Notes under the pieces: generated by a model
Told to the model about the DNA's origin: nothing
What the model saw: the letters and a program-made list of their open reading frames with translations, nothing else
The model's database searches: none
Shown here: piece by piece, positions 24,580 through 38,187 of the stretch
Numbering within the stretch: position 1 is the stretch's first letter
How the letters are laid out: every line of letters starts with the position of its first letter
Made by a program: the position numbers and the translations under genes
Origin: Camelus ferus
Lineage: Eukaryota
Length of the DNA: 64,000 nucleotides
Assembly: GCF_009834535.1 (NCBI RefSeq)
Contig: NC_045710.1
Span: 21,700,001-21,764,000, forward strand
Direction of reading: 5' to 3'

Positions 24580-25320
24580 ATGCTAAGTTTAGTATTTCTG
24601 AACAGTAAATGTTCAGTATTTGCAAGAACCCGGATGCTCAGTGCATGAATGAGGCAGGATCTCCAGGATTTGGTGATTGTTTAGATGTGAGAGTGCGGTC
24701 AAGGTGGACATGCAGATTTCTGGCTCGGACAACAAGATGCAAGGAAGAGTGTGCACGGAGATGGGGAACCTGGGGTGAGAAGCCAGTTCAGGAACGAAGA
24801 GGATGCATTCAGTTAGGACTTGCTGAGTTGGAGCACCCTGGGAGACACCCAGGCAGAGATGTCCATCTGCTACTTGGATCCAAGGGATGGCGCTCAGAGA
24901 CAAGGTGCAGGTTAGGGATGGAGATGCAAATGTGAGCAGCACACAAGCGGTGGTTGATGCCAGGGAGAATGTGGAGTGAGAGGAGGGCTTATGACAGGTC
25001 TCAGGGAACACCAACATATAAGGATGGGGAGAGTCCCCCGCAAAGGGGCCTGGGAGAGGGCAACCTGCACCGCGGGACAAGAGCCAAGCCTGCAGTTCTG
25101 GAAACCCAGAGGTCAGAGGTGCGCCTGAAGGGGGTTAGGTGCGAGAAGATTCGTACCAGTGGGATAACACAGAGGAAGGTGAGGGGCCCCAGGGAGTCAT
25201 GGGTGGGCCAGGTGGGAGTGATAACAGGGGTGGAGGGCACAGCCTCAGATCACAGTCAGGAGAGGAGCTGGGGGAGCGATGCAGGCAGCTTTCATGAAGC
25301 TTGGCTCTGAAGGAGCAGAA
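24580..25320 (-). mobile_element. L2 LINE fragment
   Basis: G/A-rich stretch ttcagttaggacttgctgagttggagcacc...ggagatgcaaatgtgag typical of antisense L2. Confidence 0.65.
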
Positions 25321-25519
25321 GACAGGGTGTAGGTGACAAGCACTGTTGGATTGAGAAAGAGTTCTTGTAGTTTGTTTTCTTTCCTTCTCTTCTTTTCTTT
25401 TTAAAAGCTGTGTAAGATACAGAATAAATTTAAATGCTAATGGGAATCATGCAAAAGAGAAGAGAGACTGGCGATCAGGGAGAGAGAAGGCGCACGGAGG
25501 ACAAAGTCCCCTAGAATAG

Positions 25520-25840
25520 TGGACCCCACACCATCTGCACATAAGAATCACCTGGTGGGGGGTGGTCTTTTACACATTCCATAGCCCAGGCCACAGCCCA
25601 GACTAAATCCACTCTCTGGGGGTGGAGTAGAGGCATCAGTATTCTTTGAAGCTCCCCTGGTGATTGCGATGTGCGGGCAGTTTGAGAACCATCGCCCTGG
25701 AACCTTGCTCCTGAGGTCCTCAGACCAGTAGCACAGCATCACCTGGGAGCTTATTAGAAATGCAGACCTACCAAGCCAGCATCCACATTTTAACGAGATC
25801 CCCAGGAGATCTGTGTGTACATTAAAGTTTGAGAAGCCAG
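25520..25840 (+). mobile_element. Two tandem MER5A-family hAT elements
   Basis: Both end in gtttgagaa(c/g)c; the second has cagcatcacctgggagcttattagaaatgcag. Confidence 0.75.
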
Positions 25841-26839
25841 CAGGCAGGAGGAGATGAATCTAGGCAGTAGGAACTCGATAAATGTTGATTTATGAGTGAA
25901 TGTAGGAGTGAAGGGTGCATCTGGAGAACAGGTAGAGGGCTGCCCTGATACCACAGGGGGCACACCTTGTGTGATGAAAGAGACAGAACGATGGTGCAGA
26001 TACAGTGAAGTTTATAGGTTGGTGTGTCCTGGGAAGTTGATGCTATTTCATCTATAAAGCAGAGGTGTCATCTGTTGTGAGTGAAAGGACGGGGGCAGAC
26101 GCAGCAGCTGGGGAGAGCAGAGACGATACAAATGGAGGACTGAGAAGAAACGCTGGCCAGGCCAGGTGGTGGGACCAAGACATCCACTGAGGGCCTCTCT
26201 GAGACTGATGATGGCCACAGAGTGTTAGCAGCACTGGCTAATTCCCAGAACTGTTCAGCAGCATGTGCCGAGGGGAGAAAAGTTCAAAGTCGGGCTCATC
26301 CAGGGTTGAGAGAATTTCACTTGGGAGTGTTGACAGATGCTCAACAGGGCAAAAGACCTGAGGACATCTTTTAAACACTCTTTTTAAACAAGAGTGGAAC
26401 CCAAGCTGGAGAAGGAAGGAAGTGAAGAAAGGAGGGGTGGACGGACACGGCCAATGGACCGGAAGTTAAATGAGGACTCAGAATAAATGCCTGAGGAGGC
26501 TCTGATCAGGAGAACCAGAGGGACAGCATGGGTTTACGGTTTTAGGAATATAGATCATTTTGGTGGGGTCTAGTTTCATCTTCTCTAGCAGTGATGGGCT
26601 CCACCTATGATGTGGAGTCTGCAAAAATCCCATCTGCTCAACAGCCTCAGAATGACTGAGGGATATTAGATGACAAAAAGCCACTGGTTGCCTCTCCCCA
26701 AAAGGGGAAGGATAATATCAGTGAAGCTGCCATTTTTCTCGACTCAAATCAGCTCTGGGTTGGGGAACACAACATCGTATTGTTTTGGAACCAGACAGGT
26801 GTGGTCCGAGACTCCTCCTACAGGGGTGTGAGCCAGGGT

Positions 26840-26960
26840 AACTACCTTAAACTGTAAAAAGCCTCAGTCTCCTCATCTGTAAAACAGGAGTGATTATGCC
26901 CATTTCTCAGTTTGAGGAGGACTAATGAGACATCTTATGTAATGGTATCTGGCATTTAAT
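26840..26960 (+). mobile_element. MIR SINE
   Basis: gcctcagtctcctcatctgtaaaacagg core. Confidence 0.65.
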
Positions 26961-27209
26961 TCCCTTCCCTGTCCTATTCTATCCCTACAAAGCTGGAGCA
27001 CTGCTCTAGGGGAGACCTGCCTGCTACTGCTCCTCCCAGACAGGAGCAAGAAGGGACATGAAGGGAGAACAGCCTCAGCCCGGGCCCTGGAGGGACCACA
27101 GGCTTGGAGACCAGCTGAGCATATAGGCCTGTAGGGACCACTCGCCTCGGGCCTGTGAGCCATGGCTCCTCTTGACTCTCTGCACAAACCAACTAGAAGG
27201 GAGACTTAC

Positions 27210-27302
27210 TTTCCAAAGGGTCTCTCCAGGGCGAATGGCCGGGATGCATAATAGTACTGCTTGTATTCATCCATCCACACTTCGGCTGTCCGCTTGGTGT
27301 TC
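27210..27302 (-). CDS. GALNT14: GALNT14 coding exon 11 (93 nt)
   Basis: Translates (K)[30 protein letters not shown](N); CAG/GTAAGT sites. Confidence 0.97.
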
Positions 27303-28359
27303 CTGGGGAGATGGGAGGTGTCGGGGAGGGGCCATCTGAGAGGGAGCTGGGACACATCCAGGTAAAATACACACACTTGGCAAGCTAGCAGTGTCACCCA
27401 GGTGGGGGCTACCACAGTCCAGTAGTTCTAGTCTCCCCAGAGTGCTGAGCCTAGCCACGTCCACCAAGTCCAAAGGGGCCTGTACCCCAAGACACAGGAT
27501 TTCAGTAGTCATGATGTATTCTTTCCCAAAAGGTACAGACTAGAGAAATTACACCAGAAACTGGACTTCTATGGCACTCAACAAAGAAATTAAAAAAAAA
27601 AAAAAAACCCACAGGGAGGAAAAAGCCAGGAGAACCTGGGGCATCCCTTTGGTGGGAGTACAAGCAGAGAATGTTGACAGTCTCTGGCCTCCCATAGGCT
27701 GTGGCTCCAGCTCCAGGTGTCTCCCCTTGAGCTGAGGGCCCAGCTCTCCAAGGGGAAGGTCACACTGGGTCTTCCCACAGGCCGTGCAATTAGTTTGGTG
27801 CAGGTGTAGAGAATTAGGTAACCACGCCATCTTGGTCAGATGTTTTGCCAGCTCCTCCCACTGGCCTAACCATCCCCAATCTGACATGCCCCACATCTCC
27901 CTCACCTCCCAATGACCCACTGGTGGTGTGTAGGATGCCCCCTGGCCAGGGCCCAGTCTCAAATACAAGGAATGTTCTGGAGCCCAAGGCTCTGCCCCCT
28001 CACATCTAGACTGGCCCCATTTCACATCATAGCCCCACCACTTGCCTACACCAGGTGTCCTCAGCTCACCTTTCCCTTTAAAAAGCCCAGAGCCTTGGTG
28101 GCCCTCCCTTTGTTCCCCGTTCTGCCGGCTGGGTTCTCGTGGCCCTGCCCTGCCCACCACGGTGTTATCCCTCCCACAGCTCCCCCCCCACCAACACCTG
28201 TCCATCCAGGGAGGAAAGCGACAGCCCAGGAGAAAAGCCCCAGAGAGGTGTTTGGCTCCTCCCTCAAACGGGCCAAATAAGAGAAAAAAAGGCCAAGGGG
28301 GAAATCAACGGGAGAAATCACGCCAAAGAAAAGGGAGGGAGGGGGCACGGGCACCGCTG

Positions 28360-29390
28360 AGTCACTGAGTCCTGTTCCCCGGCAAGGAGCCCAGGGCCGC
28401 AGGCCCTCCCCAAGCCTGGCCCCTCCTGTGCACCGGCACGTGGGCTGGATCCACTTGTCCCCAGTCCCTATTCCCGAATCTTCCCAAGGGCCTTTCCCCT
28501 GCCAACCCGGCCTGAAGGTGGGAGCAGCAGACCTTCTGGAATTCAGCGGCAAAAACCAGCCGCCCTTCCCCCACCCTGAATAACCCAAAACCCTCGGAGC
28601 ACTGAGCCCTGCAAGACAGCGTGACTTGAAGCCCCAAAGGCCACACATGGGGTCTTGTCACGCCTGGAGGAAGCCACCCAGGGAGAACAGCCGCGGAGCC
28701 TCCAGCCTAAAGCCGGAGAGACAGGCCAGGCCTCCGCAGCTGAGGCAGAGGCCCAGCGGGCGTGACACACCACCCCCGTCCCCCCAGAACACTCAGGCAG
28801 CCTACCAGAGGCCCCGGGACAACCACAACCCGTCACCACAAAAGCCCTCGGCCACGGCCGCCCCCACGGAGCCCCTGCGACGCCCCCTTACTTTATGTAC
28901 GTGTTGGCGTTTCCATCCGGGAAAACATACGGGTGCTTCTTCCGGAAGACGTGGCCCACTCGGCTGCAGGGCACGATCTCTAGGCTGCCCCCGCACATCC
29001 ACACTCTGAAGGAGATTTCTGCAAGACAGCCACGCACCCCGCCATCACTGCTCTGCCTCCCGGACACAGGAAACACAGGATGGCAGCTTCCCGACACCCG
29101 GCGCCAGGTCGAGGGGAGCGGGGAGGGCCTGCTGTACCCGGCCTCGGGCGCCAGGCTTCCGCGCCGCCTCCGCGGCCAAAGGGCGTGCTCCGCAGGCGGG
29201 GCACACTCGGTTTCCCAGCCTGCAACGCGGCTGGTAATAACTCACACCTGGGAGGGCGGTTTGCGTTCACACGGCAGTGGTCGCCGCGGATGACCACGTA
29301 TCTAAACGCCTTACGTCCCCGCCCTCGTGAAGGGCCGTGCTTACGCCTCGGCAACACTCAGGGGCCAGCATGGTCAAGTGCGATGCTTTA
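28360..29390. promoter_or_regulatory. Intragenic CpG island spanning exon 10
   Basis: About 38 CpG counted by eye in 28981-29400, against strong CpG depletion elsewhere; GC boxes (CCCCGCCC 29317-29324, GGGCGG near 29264). Confidence 0.7.
28892..29018 (-). CDS. GALNT14: GALNT14 coding exon 10 (127 nt)
   Basis: Translates (E)[41 protein letters not shown](K); metal-ligand His in VGHVFR; CAG/GTAAGG sites. Confidence 0.97.
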
Positions 29391-32300
29391 GCCTAGAACA
29401 GAGAAGCCTGGGGGCAGTGACAGACCTGCTTATGAACACGTGGAAGGCTTCAGTGTGGAACATGGATTGGACTCGCTCGTATGACCTCAGAGGATTAGAA
29501 CCAGGACCAGGGACGAAGAATTTCCATTAGACTAGGGAGAATTTTCTGACGGTCAAGGTCCAGATAGAAGAGGCTGTCATAGAGTCTGTGTTTCCCACCC
29601 AGACAGGCTAGAGAGTCACCTGGTCAGGATGCGACACAGAGGACCAGTTCCCAGGAGGCACCTGCACAAGGTGTCCAGGACAGTTCCTCCCAATGCTGCG
29701 ACTGCAATTCTGCCTCCCGCAACGGCACCTGAATGCCAGCCTGGAGAAGGAAGTCTAGGCCGTAGCCCAGAGCTGCGAGCAACGTAGAAAGTGCTGGAAG
29801 CCTCAAAGCTGTTGCTGGGGGTGCTTCCCTGGGTGAGGATTCTCCACACAAACTCATTTTTTCCTGGTTGGCTGCTGCCGCGGGGTGGTGGTAGCCGAGG
29901 TGGCTGGGGAGGCTGGCCTGTGCATTTCTCCCTTGGGGATGCTTACTGCAGGCTAGGAGCAGCGGTTCTGCTCCCGGAGGAAGCAGTGGAATACCAAGGT
30001 GATGGGGGACGATCTTATCATTGCCATTGTTTAGAACTGCTGAACAAGTGTTCCCTGGATTTATTGCTTGTAACTTCTCTGCACCTGCATCCTTACTGAC
30101 TGCACCCAGGGCAGGCTGATTCCCACACCCACTGGATATGCCACTGGTGGGAAAAGCTTCTGCAGTGAAGCTCAAGTATGAGGACAGGCTGGCTCAGGAA
30201 AAACCAATGCCTGTAGGTGACTGCCCTGGAAGTGGGCCGGGGGCCCTAGAAGTGAGCTGGGGAGTCCACAAGCAGGGAATGAGGAAGCGGGGATTCCAGC
30301 GCCATCCCACCCCATACGTGCCCTGCACCCCCAGCACCTTGGGCCCCACCTCCCTGGGTTTCTGCCCCAGGGTCCTCTCTCTCATCCTCTGTCCCTCCCA
30401 CTTCCTGCTCTCTGTCTTCCTTCATCCCAACTCCCCCAGCAAGTGCTTGGACACAAATTCTTCATCCTGATCCTCACCTGCTCTCCCACTCACCTGTCCT
30501 CAGCCCCTTTTTTGTCCCCTTCTGCCGCCTGCCCCGTGTCCCTGCAAAAGCCCCTGAGCTGCAGGCAGGGCTTCCTTGACACCTATACTCCGCCTGCCTG
30601 CCCGGTGCTCTCCCAAACCGGCTACAGCTCATTCCCAGTGAGCGTGGATTTCCCTCAGAGTGGGGGCAACATGTCCACTAGGATGAATAAAGGACATCTC
30701 AAGATTGCTACCAAATGCTGGCAAGAACATGGAGTTGGCGGGGAGACACGGGAAGACCTTTGGCTTTGGGGTCAGTGGCCCCAAGTCTGCAGTAACCCAC
30801 TAGCCACATCCCTGTGGAAACCTGCTTGACATCACTGAGGCTGGGTTTTGTCACCTGTCAAATGAAGAGCATAAAATTACTCCGCAGGATGGCTGCTGAC
30901 ATCAAATGAAACAATTTTCAAGAACAATTGTGAAAACTCTTAAGTGTGATTGAAAGAGCAGTGACAACTGTGAAACACTCATCTGAAGCCAGTCTGTTTA
31001 AGATGTGGATGCCGATGGCATCGCCCACCTGTGCCCACTTCCAACTTCCTAGACCATTTACAGCTTCCTGCTTCTGCCACAGGGGGCGCTTGAAATTTGT
31101 GGACACAACACTGGAGATTTTGACCCTCTATAAAGGTCTGTGACACGTGGCGACCTGGCGTTTGGTTGGGGCATCACTGGAATCGTGGGTCCCAGCCTGG
31201 TGTTTGCGGGAGACAGTGAGTGAGTTCAGCTGGCTGCCAGTGTCCCACCTCTCCCTCTCGCAGGGGTGCACTGAGGGGCTGATGGGGTTGCTGCAGGGAA
31301 TTATGATTGGATGCGTGTCAACTGAGTCTCCAGGTCTAATGCCTACTGTGCTCCAGTCAACTCCTTTCTGGGATCTCAAAACAGCGTCTGCTCCCATTCC
31401 CAAAAAGGAAAACCCTCTCATTCCTCAAAACTAGAGATGGAGGCCTTGCTTACTGGATATAACCTATGAATTTTGTGCCAGCTTTCCTCCAAAAATATGC
31501 ATATGCTGCAGCCACGGTCTCTTCCTTTCACGTATTCAAATGAGACATATGTCCCTCCTCATTTGCAGAGCAAATCCCTCCAACTTGTGCCTCAATTCAC
31601 CCCTCAACAACACCCCTGAAACCTGTTTCTCTCCCTGTGCTTCCTTGGCCCAGAATTTTGCTTCTCTCTGAATCTGTTGGCCCCCTCTCCCCTCTGCCAC
31701 AGTCATGCACAGGCCCCACTGTGGAAAAGTACGGTCCCCTGACTCTGGTCCTTCTCCATCTTCTCATGGGCTCCTGGCATTCTTCACCCCAAGACTCCGT
31801 CTCTGAGTGTCTTACTGACACTGCTTCCTCATCTCACCCTGACATTCACTTGATGCTAGGGGCTCACCCCCATCCCGCCAGCCCCAGCTCTCCTCTGGTC
31901 TCCAGCACCGACTTCTGTGGCTGCCTTGTGTTCTGTCAAGGTGCACTGGATGCCCTGAGATGCAATACATCTTCTACCCCCATCAGCAACCTCTCATACC
32001 GTGTTACAGCCTGCCTACTCTCTTCCGCCTTGAAAACTGTCCTTCCCCCTCGATTTCCTGTGTCTGTGCTTTGCAACTTTAGAGTATCTTAGTTCTGCAA
32101 ACATGAGCTGTGGGAGGAATGACCCCTTCATATACTCCTGGGCTGGGCTTTGTCTGGTCCTCCCTGGGGCGGTAACTTAGCCATCCTCACAACCCTACCC
32201 GTGGTTGTTGGTGTTATTTTATGATGCAGAAGGAGTTCTGATAGGACAACTGACAGCAGGTAGCTGGAAACTGAAGCACATCCCCCCAACTCTAGAACTC

Positions 32301-35300
32301 AAGCCCTTGCCCTGATTCCACCTCCCTCAGTGCTGAACACCCACCATCAGCCAATATGGCTGTGGATACAAAGATGCTGACTTCAAGGCACCACAGGATA
32401 ACAAGAGAGAAAGATCTATAACCAGCTGTCACATTTCTATCTCCTCCACTCCTTCAGCCAGTCCTGACAACTGTCTGTCCCAGCTCGCCTTCAGGCCAGC
32501 TGACGTTGCCCACAGGAGCCTGCAGCCTGAGATGCAGTGAGAGCTTCTCAGCTCTGGAATTTAGATTGTCCTAACCAAGGTGATCTGAGACGTGTGCCTC
32601 ACTGTGCTGTGGCCAGGGTCAAGGCAGTCTGGGTGATGAAGTTGGGGAGTTCAGATCAGCGGCATGACTGCAGTGTGGAATACTTAAAACCTAGGACAGA
32701 GAGTTGCCCTACTCACATCTACACCACTGACTTCAGGATAAAGACATGTACCTTCCCAGGACTGCCCAGTGATTTGTAGATACATGCTGAAGGTTTTGTG
32801 ATCCAGAGGCCCCAGAACCTGGAGCCTTGTACGTCAGAATGGCTGTAGACCAAGGGGGAAGGCAGTGGGCACTGCCAGCCCCTCCTGCACTGCACTTCCA
32901 GGTACAGCCCAGACCCTCCACCCTCCAAGTCCACAGCTCCTGCAGTCATCACTTTCTTATGTGAAGGAGCAAAAAGACGATGCAGGGAGTTTGTAGGGGG
33001 TTCCCACTGACTCAGCACCCGCGTAATGCCCCTGGTGATGAATGTCACGCAGACCCAAATCCACTTTGAATTCCAGGCAGAGAGATGTGTAATTATTCCA
33101 TCCTCATTGGGGGCACTGTTACATCCTGATTTTCTTTCAACTTCAGATTAATAATTGAGAGCAAACTGCCCTCCCCACCCTCTGTTCTCAGCTCCTTCCT
33201 TCTGTCTTCTTAGCAACCCATCAGCAGTTTTACCAGCACTCATAAGCCCCTGGTCCTTCGCCACAACCAACATCTACTTGACAAACCATAGACAAGAATT
33301 CAGGGGAGAGGGGACAACTTCCTTCCCAGGCACCGAATCACAGCTATTCACACGCCACTCGTCAGCCGTCTGGTCAAGGTTCGGGCTTCCTTTAGAGCCT
33401 GGTTTCTAGACAAAGGCAAGTGGAGCACTAGGCACAGACTCCACTGAAGGCAGTGGGCCCCGTTCTCAGTGGAGCCTCATGTCCCGGGTACAGACATCCA
33501 TTGTCTACACAGCATTATCCACTCTACCTCTGGCCACAATGCAAAACATTGAGAACAAAGGGACTGGAGGGGACAGTGATGGGCAGAAAGAGACAGACAT
33601 CCAGCTATTGTTACTCCTAAGTCCACACATACAAATGTGGTGACACGGTTTTTCCTTTAATAACCTTTACATTCTCAGGGCCTCCTGGGCCAGAAAGCTC
33701 TATTATTTTTTAATGAGTACGTGGACTCAAGAAGAGACAATCTTACTGACCCACAAAGGACAGCCTTGAACCTGTGAGCAAAACTATGTTTCACACCATC
33801 TGAGACAATCAAGGTGGCACCCAGGCCCCTAAGTTGAACATGCAGTGACCACCAGCCTACCGTGGTGGCCACGGGCCGTCTGACTGAGTGTCGTGGCAGT
33901 GCTCTGGACCACTCCATAGGCCCTGTGGGAAGCATGGCCTCACGAGATCGCACCTGGGCCTGGGCTTAGCAAGCAGCCCCATTCAGGGGGAGAAGATGAC
34001 TTTTCATCAGACTCGGAGCTCTTCTCAGGGGAGGCCATTTCTCTCATCTTGAGCCACTGAACCTGGAAAGGCTGAGGCTGAAAGAGAAAGTAGGAGGGAC
34101 CCACTGCTCCCGAGGGCCCAACACTGCGCTCCTCTAACAAACCTGCTGGCACGCAGCCTGAAGGGGAAGTAGGGCCTCTGCACGGGGCCTCATTAATCTT
34201 CACAGAGGCCTACGAGTGTAACTGTTTCTACTGCTGCTGGAATAAATCACCACACCAGCCTAGTGTTGGGCCCTCACCAGAGGGTCTCCCAAGGCCAAAA
34301 ATCAAGATGTCAACAAGAGAGGGTTCCTTTCTGGGGGCTCAGAAGCTTTCCGGTTCATTCAGGTTGTTTGTAGAACCCAGTTCCTTGCCCTCCTGTCCCT
34401 CTTCCTCGCTGTCTGTAGGCCAGGAGCCTCTGCCACTTCCACGCTGCCCCCTCCATCCTCAAACCAGGTTTAGTGGGTGGAGGGTGGTAAGCACAGAAAG
34501 AAAAGCAGACAAATACATGGGAAGGCCCATCGTTGGAGTGGAGAGGAGAGCGGGGAGCTGAGGGGGCTGGCAGAGCGCAGGCAGGTCCTAGTCCTGGGGG
34601 AGGTGAGGGCGATCCAGAGCTGTGCCCTATGGCCATCCAGCACTTGGTGGAGGTCAGAGGCTAGGTCTCCGCAGATGGCTGGATGCATCTGGGCAGTGTA
34701 GGAGGGGCTGGCAGTGCCTCTGGACTGAAGGCTGGGGAAGTGGGCAAGGCCAACGAGGCACCCAGCTGAGGAATGGGGACTCATCCCTAGGACAGGAAGG
34801 AGCCACCGGAAGCTGCCAGGCCCAGGAGGGTGGGAGAGACCTGTATTTCCAAGAGAGCACTTTGGCAGGAGTGTGGGGGATGGCTTTGAGGGGAGCAGAC
34901 TCGAGATGGAGAACCATTTCGGGGATGTAGAGAGGGATGGAAGTGAGTGCATGCTGAGGGGAGAGGATCTTCAAGACTTGGTGACTTGGGGGCCAGGGGT
35001 CCTCTTGCTGCACACTGGAGTTGGGATCTCTTTATTCTAAAGTGAAGTCCCTCCACCCCTCAGCACCCTCTGTCCTGTGCAGCTGAAGCATCACTCTCCA
35101 AAGCCCTGATCCTCACCTGCAGAACTGACACTGTCCACATGATATACCCACCACTGAAAACGCTAAACAACAACAACAAAAATCCAGAATTGGCTTTCAA
35201 AGTGCTGGAAGCTGGCTGTAGCATAATGGAACGTTGGAACTGGAGGAAACAGTGTTCCCTGTGAGAGCTGTCTGCAGTGCTTTTTTTTGTGATTAAAAAA

Positions 35301-37229
35301 AATTTGTGGATTGTCACACACCCCCAGGAGCCCCTCCCAACCTCCCTGTTCCAATCAGCACTTGTTAATGCCAAACGACCGGGAAGCCAACTAGAGGAGA
35401 TGGCCCCTGGATGTGAGATGTGTGTCAACATGGCTATAGAGAGAAGGTACCGGTGGACTGGACCAGAATGTGACATCATGAATAACAGTGTGGTGCCTGA
35501 ATCCCCCTGGGCTGCTGCGGGGAAGAAGCACATGCACTCTGCGTGGCTCAAGAGGGGAGAACGAGGCCTGAAGGATGGAAGCTGGGCTGGGACTTAGAAG
35601 AATTTTCTAACCACTCGACATGAAAATTCTCAACGGCAGAATGTGCCGAACTGTGGAGCAGCAAACCCATCATCGTAAGCAGTGTTAGTTCAAGCAGAGA
35701 GTGGACGGCGCCTGTCTCTCCAAAGGGCTGCAGAAAAGGCTTCAACAGATGGGAGGAAAGGTGAGAGTAGATCACGAAGGAAGATGCCCAGAAACAGAGA
35801 AATCTCGTCCCCATTGAGGAAGCCAAGGGCATACCTAGCTCCAAGTTCTCCTGGGCCGGTACAGGCAGATTCCACCTCAGACACACCAAAGACCCCCATC
35901 ACATCCCCAGACTGAGTCTCAGGGTTTTGTTCGTGGGTGTTGGGGTTTTCTGCTCTGATTCCCGAGCTTCCAAGCCGGCCCCTGAATGGCAGGAGATGGA
36001 CTTTTCTGATGGATTTCCCTACACTGCCCAGTTTGGGAGAACAGATGCTGTGGATCAGGCCAATAGTCATAAATTTCCAGGAAATAACTCTTAGCGACTG
36101 AGGAAGAAAGCCATAAAGCATCCTGGAGGCAGGGACAGACAAAAACAATGGCAGAGGACAACGTATGGGATTACCACTAAATGCCGGGCAAGCCTCATGG
36201 ATCATTCTCCTGGCCTGCCGGCTGCTCGGGGGGCCAGGCCAAATGCGTTCCCTGGTGCCCAGAGATGGGAAGGGGTGCTGACACTCCGGACTCTTCCTCT
36301 TCTGTGGTTTATTCAACAGATACTGAAGTCTCCCTTGCAGCAGGCACCATACTGAGCACTGGAGACAGCCGGGAACAAAACAGACTAAATCCCTGCCCTT
36401 GTGCAGCTTATATGTGAGTCATCTCTTAGGTCTCCCCTGCTGGAGGGAGGGAGAGGTAACTAACATTGTGTCCATATGGTGCTGGAGTTTTACAGACATC
36501 TGAATGGATTTCCACAGCAACCCCAAGCAGCATCCCCGAGTGATACTTTTAACACACGAGGAAGCTGGAGGGTAGGTCAGTGTCACTGGTTAGATCGAGC
36601 AGGTCTCTGACTGTACTTTCTCCCATAGCTGCAAATGGCAGCCCAACACCACTGCGACCACACTGGGCCACCTGCTGGCACTGTTCTGGAACCTGTAATC
36701 CAGCCTCCCACCCCCACCGCTTTCTCTGCACTAAAAGATTAGGGTGAGACGCCCCTAGGGTTTCTGCAGCATTCACCCAGACCTTCCTCATCAACCCAGT
36801 GCGGGGCGATGTGGCTAGAGTCACCAACATGTGATCCAGATGTTAATGGTGTTGCTGTCCATCCTCCTCCTCATCTTCTTTATCCCCAGTCTCCTCCCAA
36901 CTCCAAATTCCCAAGTTTAGTACTCCTAACTGAAGCCTGCCTCTGGCCCTTGGACTTGGCGCCCCTCATTGGTCTTCCTGACTTTTGCATCTCAACTTTC
37001 CCCTGATGGTCCCCCTGGGCGTGCTTCCCGGTCCTCAGCATCCACGTTGTCCCGTGAAGAAATCCCCTCTTTACCTCTGCCCTCCTGGCAACCACTCCTC
37101 TGGCCCCATGTGGCCTTCCCCCAAAGGACTGACTTGCTCCTCATCTCCCTGACCCTCATCCCAGGCACATGTGGTCCAAGGACACAGAGACCCCTACCCC
37201 AGCCCCAGCTTGCAGAGACAGCAACTCAC

Positions 37230-37333
37230 CAAAGTTCTCTCCGCCCCAGATGTCCATGTCCGTGTCATATTTCCCCAGGTAGTCAAACCAGAATTTGTCC
37301 ATCACAAAGAGCCCTCCAGCTATGATTGGAGTC
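37230..37333 (-). CDS. GALNT14: GALNT14 coding exon 9 (104 nt), Gal/GalNAc-T motif
   Basis: Translates (R)[34 protein letters not shown](E); WGGEN motif; TAG/GTGAGT sites. Confidence 0.97.
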
Positions 37334-37799
37334 CTATGCATTTGGAAGGCAAAGAGGGGTATCAGTCATGGGAGGGGGACCATGGTCACGTTCTTCTGCC
37401 CTGGTGGTCCAGACCTCAAGGCCATATTCTTCCTATTTCTGCTCTTCTTCATAAAGATCAATACATTGTCCACTTACCTCAAATAGGAACTCACTCCAGG
37501 GCTTTCCCCTTTGATTATAAATCTCCTCACCTTGAAGACGGGCTGATTCGCTCATCAGCACATCTCCCCTGGAGGGCTGGGATTTGCTCAGAACCCCGGC
37601 TGTTCTGAGGGCCTTGGGAGCCCCCCCGGCCTCTCTCATAGGCCATGCCCAGTGGGGCTCTCCTGGGAGCCTCACTATTGGCAGCGGGGACAGTGGGCCA
37701 CTGACCAGGCAGAGAAGAGGGGCTGAGGCAGCACCTGTGAACAGCACATCCATTTCTTGAGACTTGCCTTTCTCTTTTTTGCCCCTCTTTCCCCCTCTG

Positions 37800-38187
37800 C
37801 TAGATATTGAGTTATGCCCCCAGAAAAATATGTTGAGGTCCTAACCCCAGGAACTCAGAACGTGACCTTATTTGGAGAGGTCTTTACAGAGGTGATCAAG
37901 TTAAAATGAGGTCATTAGGGTGGGTCCTAAACCAATAGGACTGGTGTCACAGGGGACACAGGCACAGAGATAGACATGCACAGAGAGAAGATGACGGAAA
38001 GCGACACAGAGAAGACGGCCATCTGCCAGCCAAGGCGAGCAGCCTGGCACAGCCCTCGGAAGGGACAACCCTGCCGACACCTCGATCTTGGGCCTTCAGC
38101 CTCCAGAACATGAGACCGGATGTCTCTGTGGTATAAGCCACGCAGTCTGTCCTACTTTGTGGCAGCAGCCCTAGTAAAGGAACACAG
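37800..38187 (+). mobile_element. MaLR LTR (MLT1A/B/C-like), solo
   Basis: tatgttgaggtcctaacccc...gtgaccttatttgg...ttaaaatgaggtcattagggtgggtcctaa...gccttcagcctccagaac...taagccacgcagtctg...gcagcagccctagtaaaggaacaca. Confidence 0.88.

Noticed and set aside
27549-28648. Long overlapping ORFs (218 aa and 195 aa, minus strand)
   Set aside because: Gly/Trp/Pro-rich low-complexity translations in GC-rich intron 10 with no recognisable domain; expected by chance
35690-36316. 208-aa minus-strand ORF in intron 9
   Set aside because: No recognisable homology, and no splice context linking it to GALNT14
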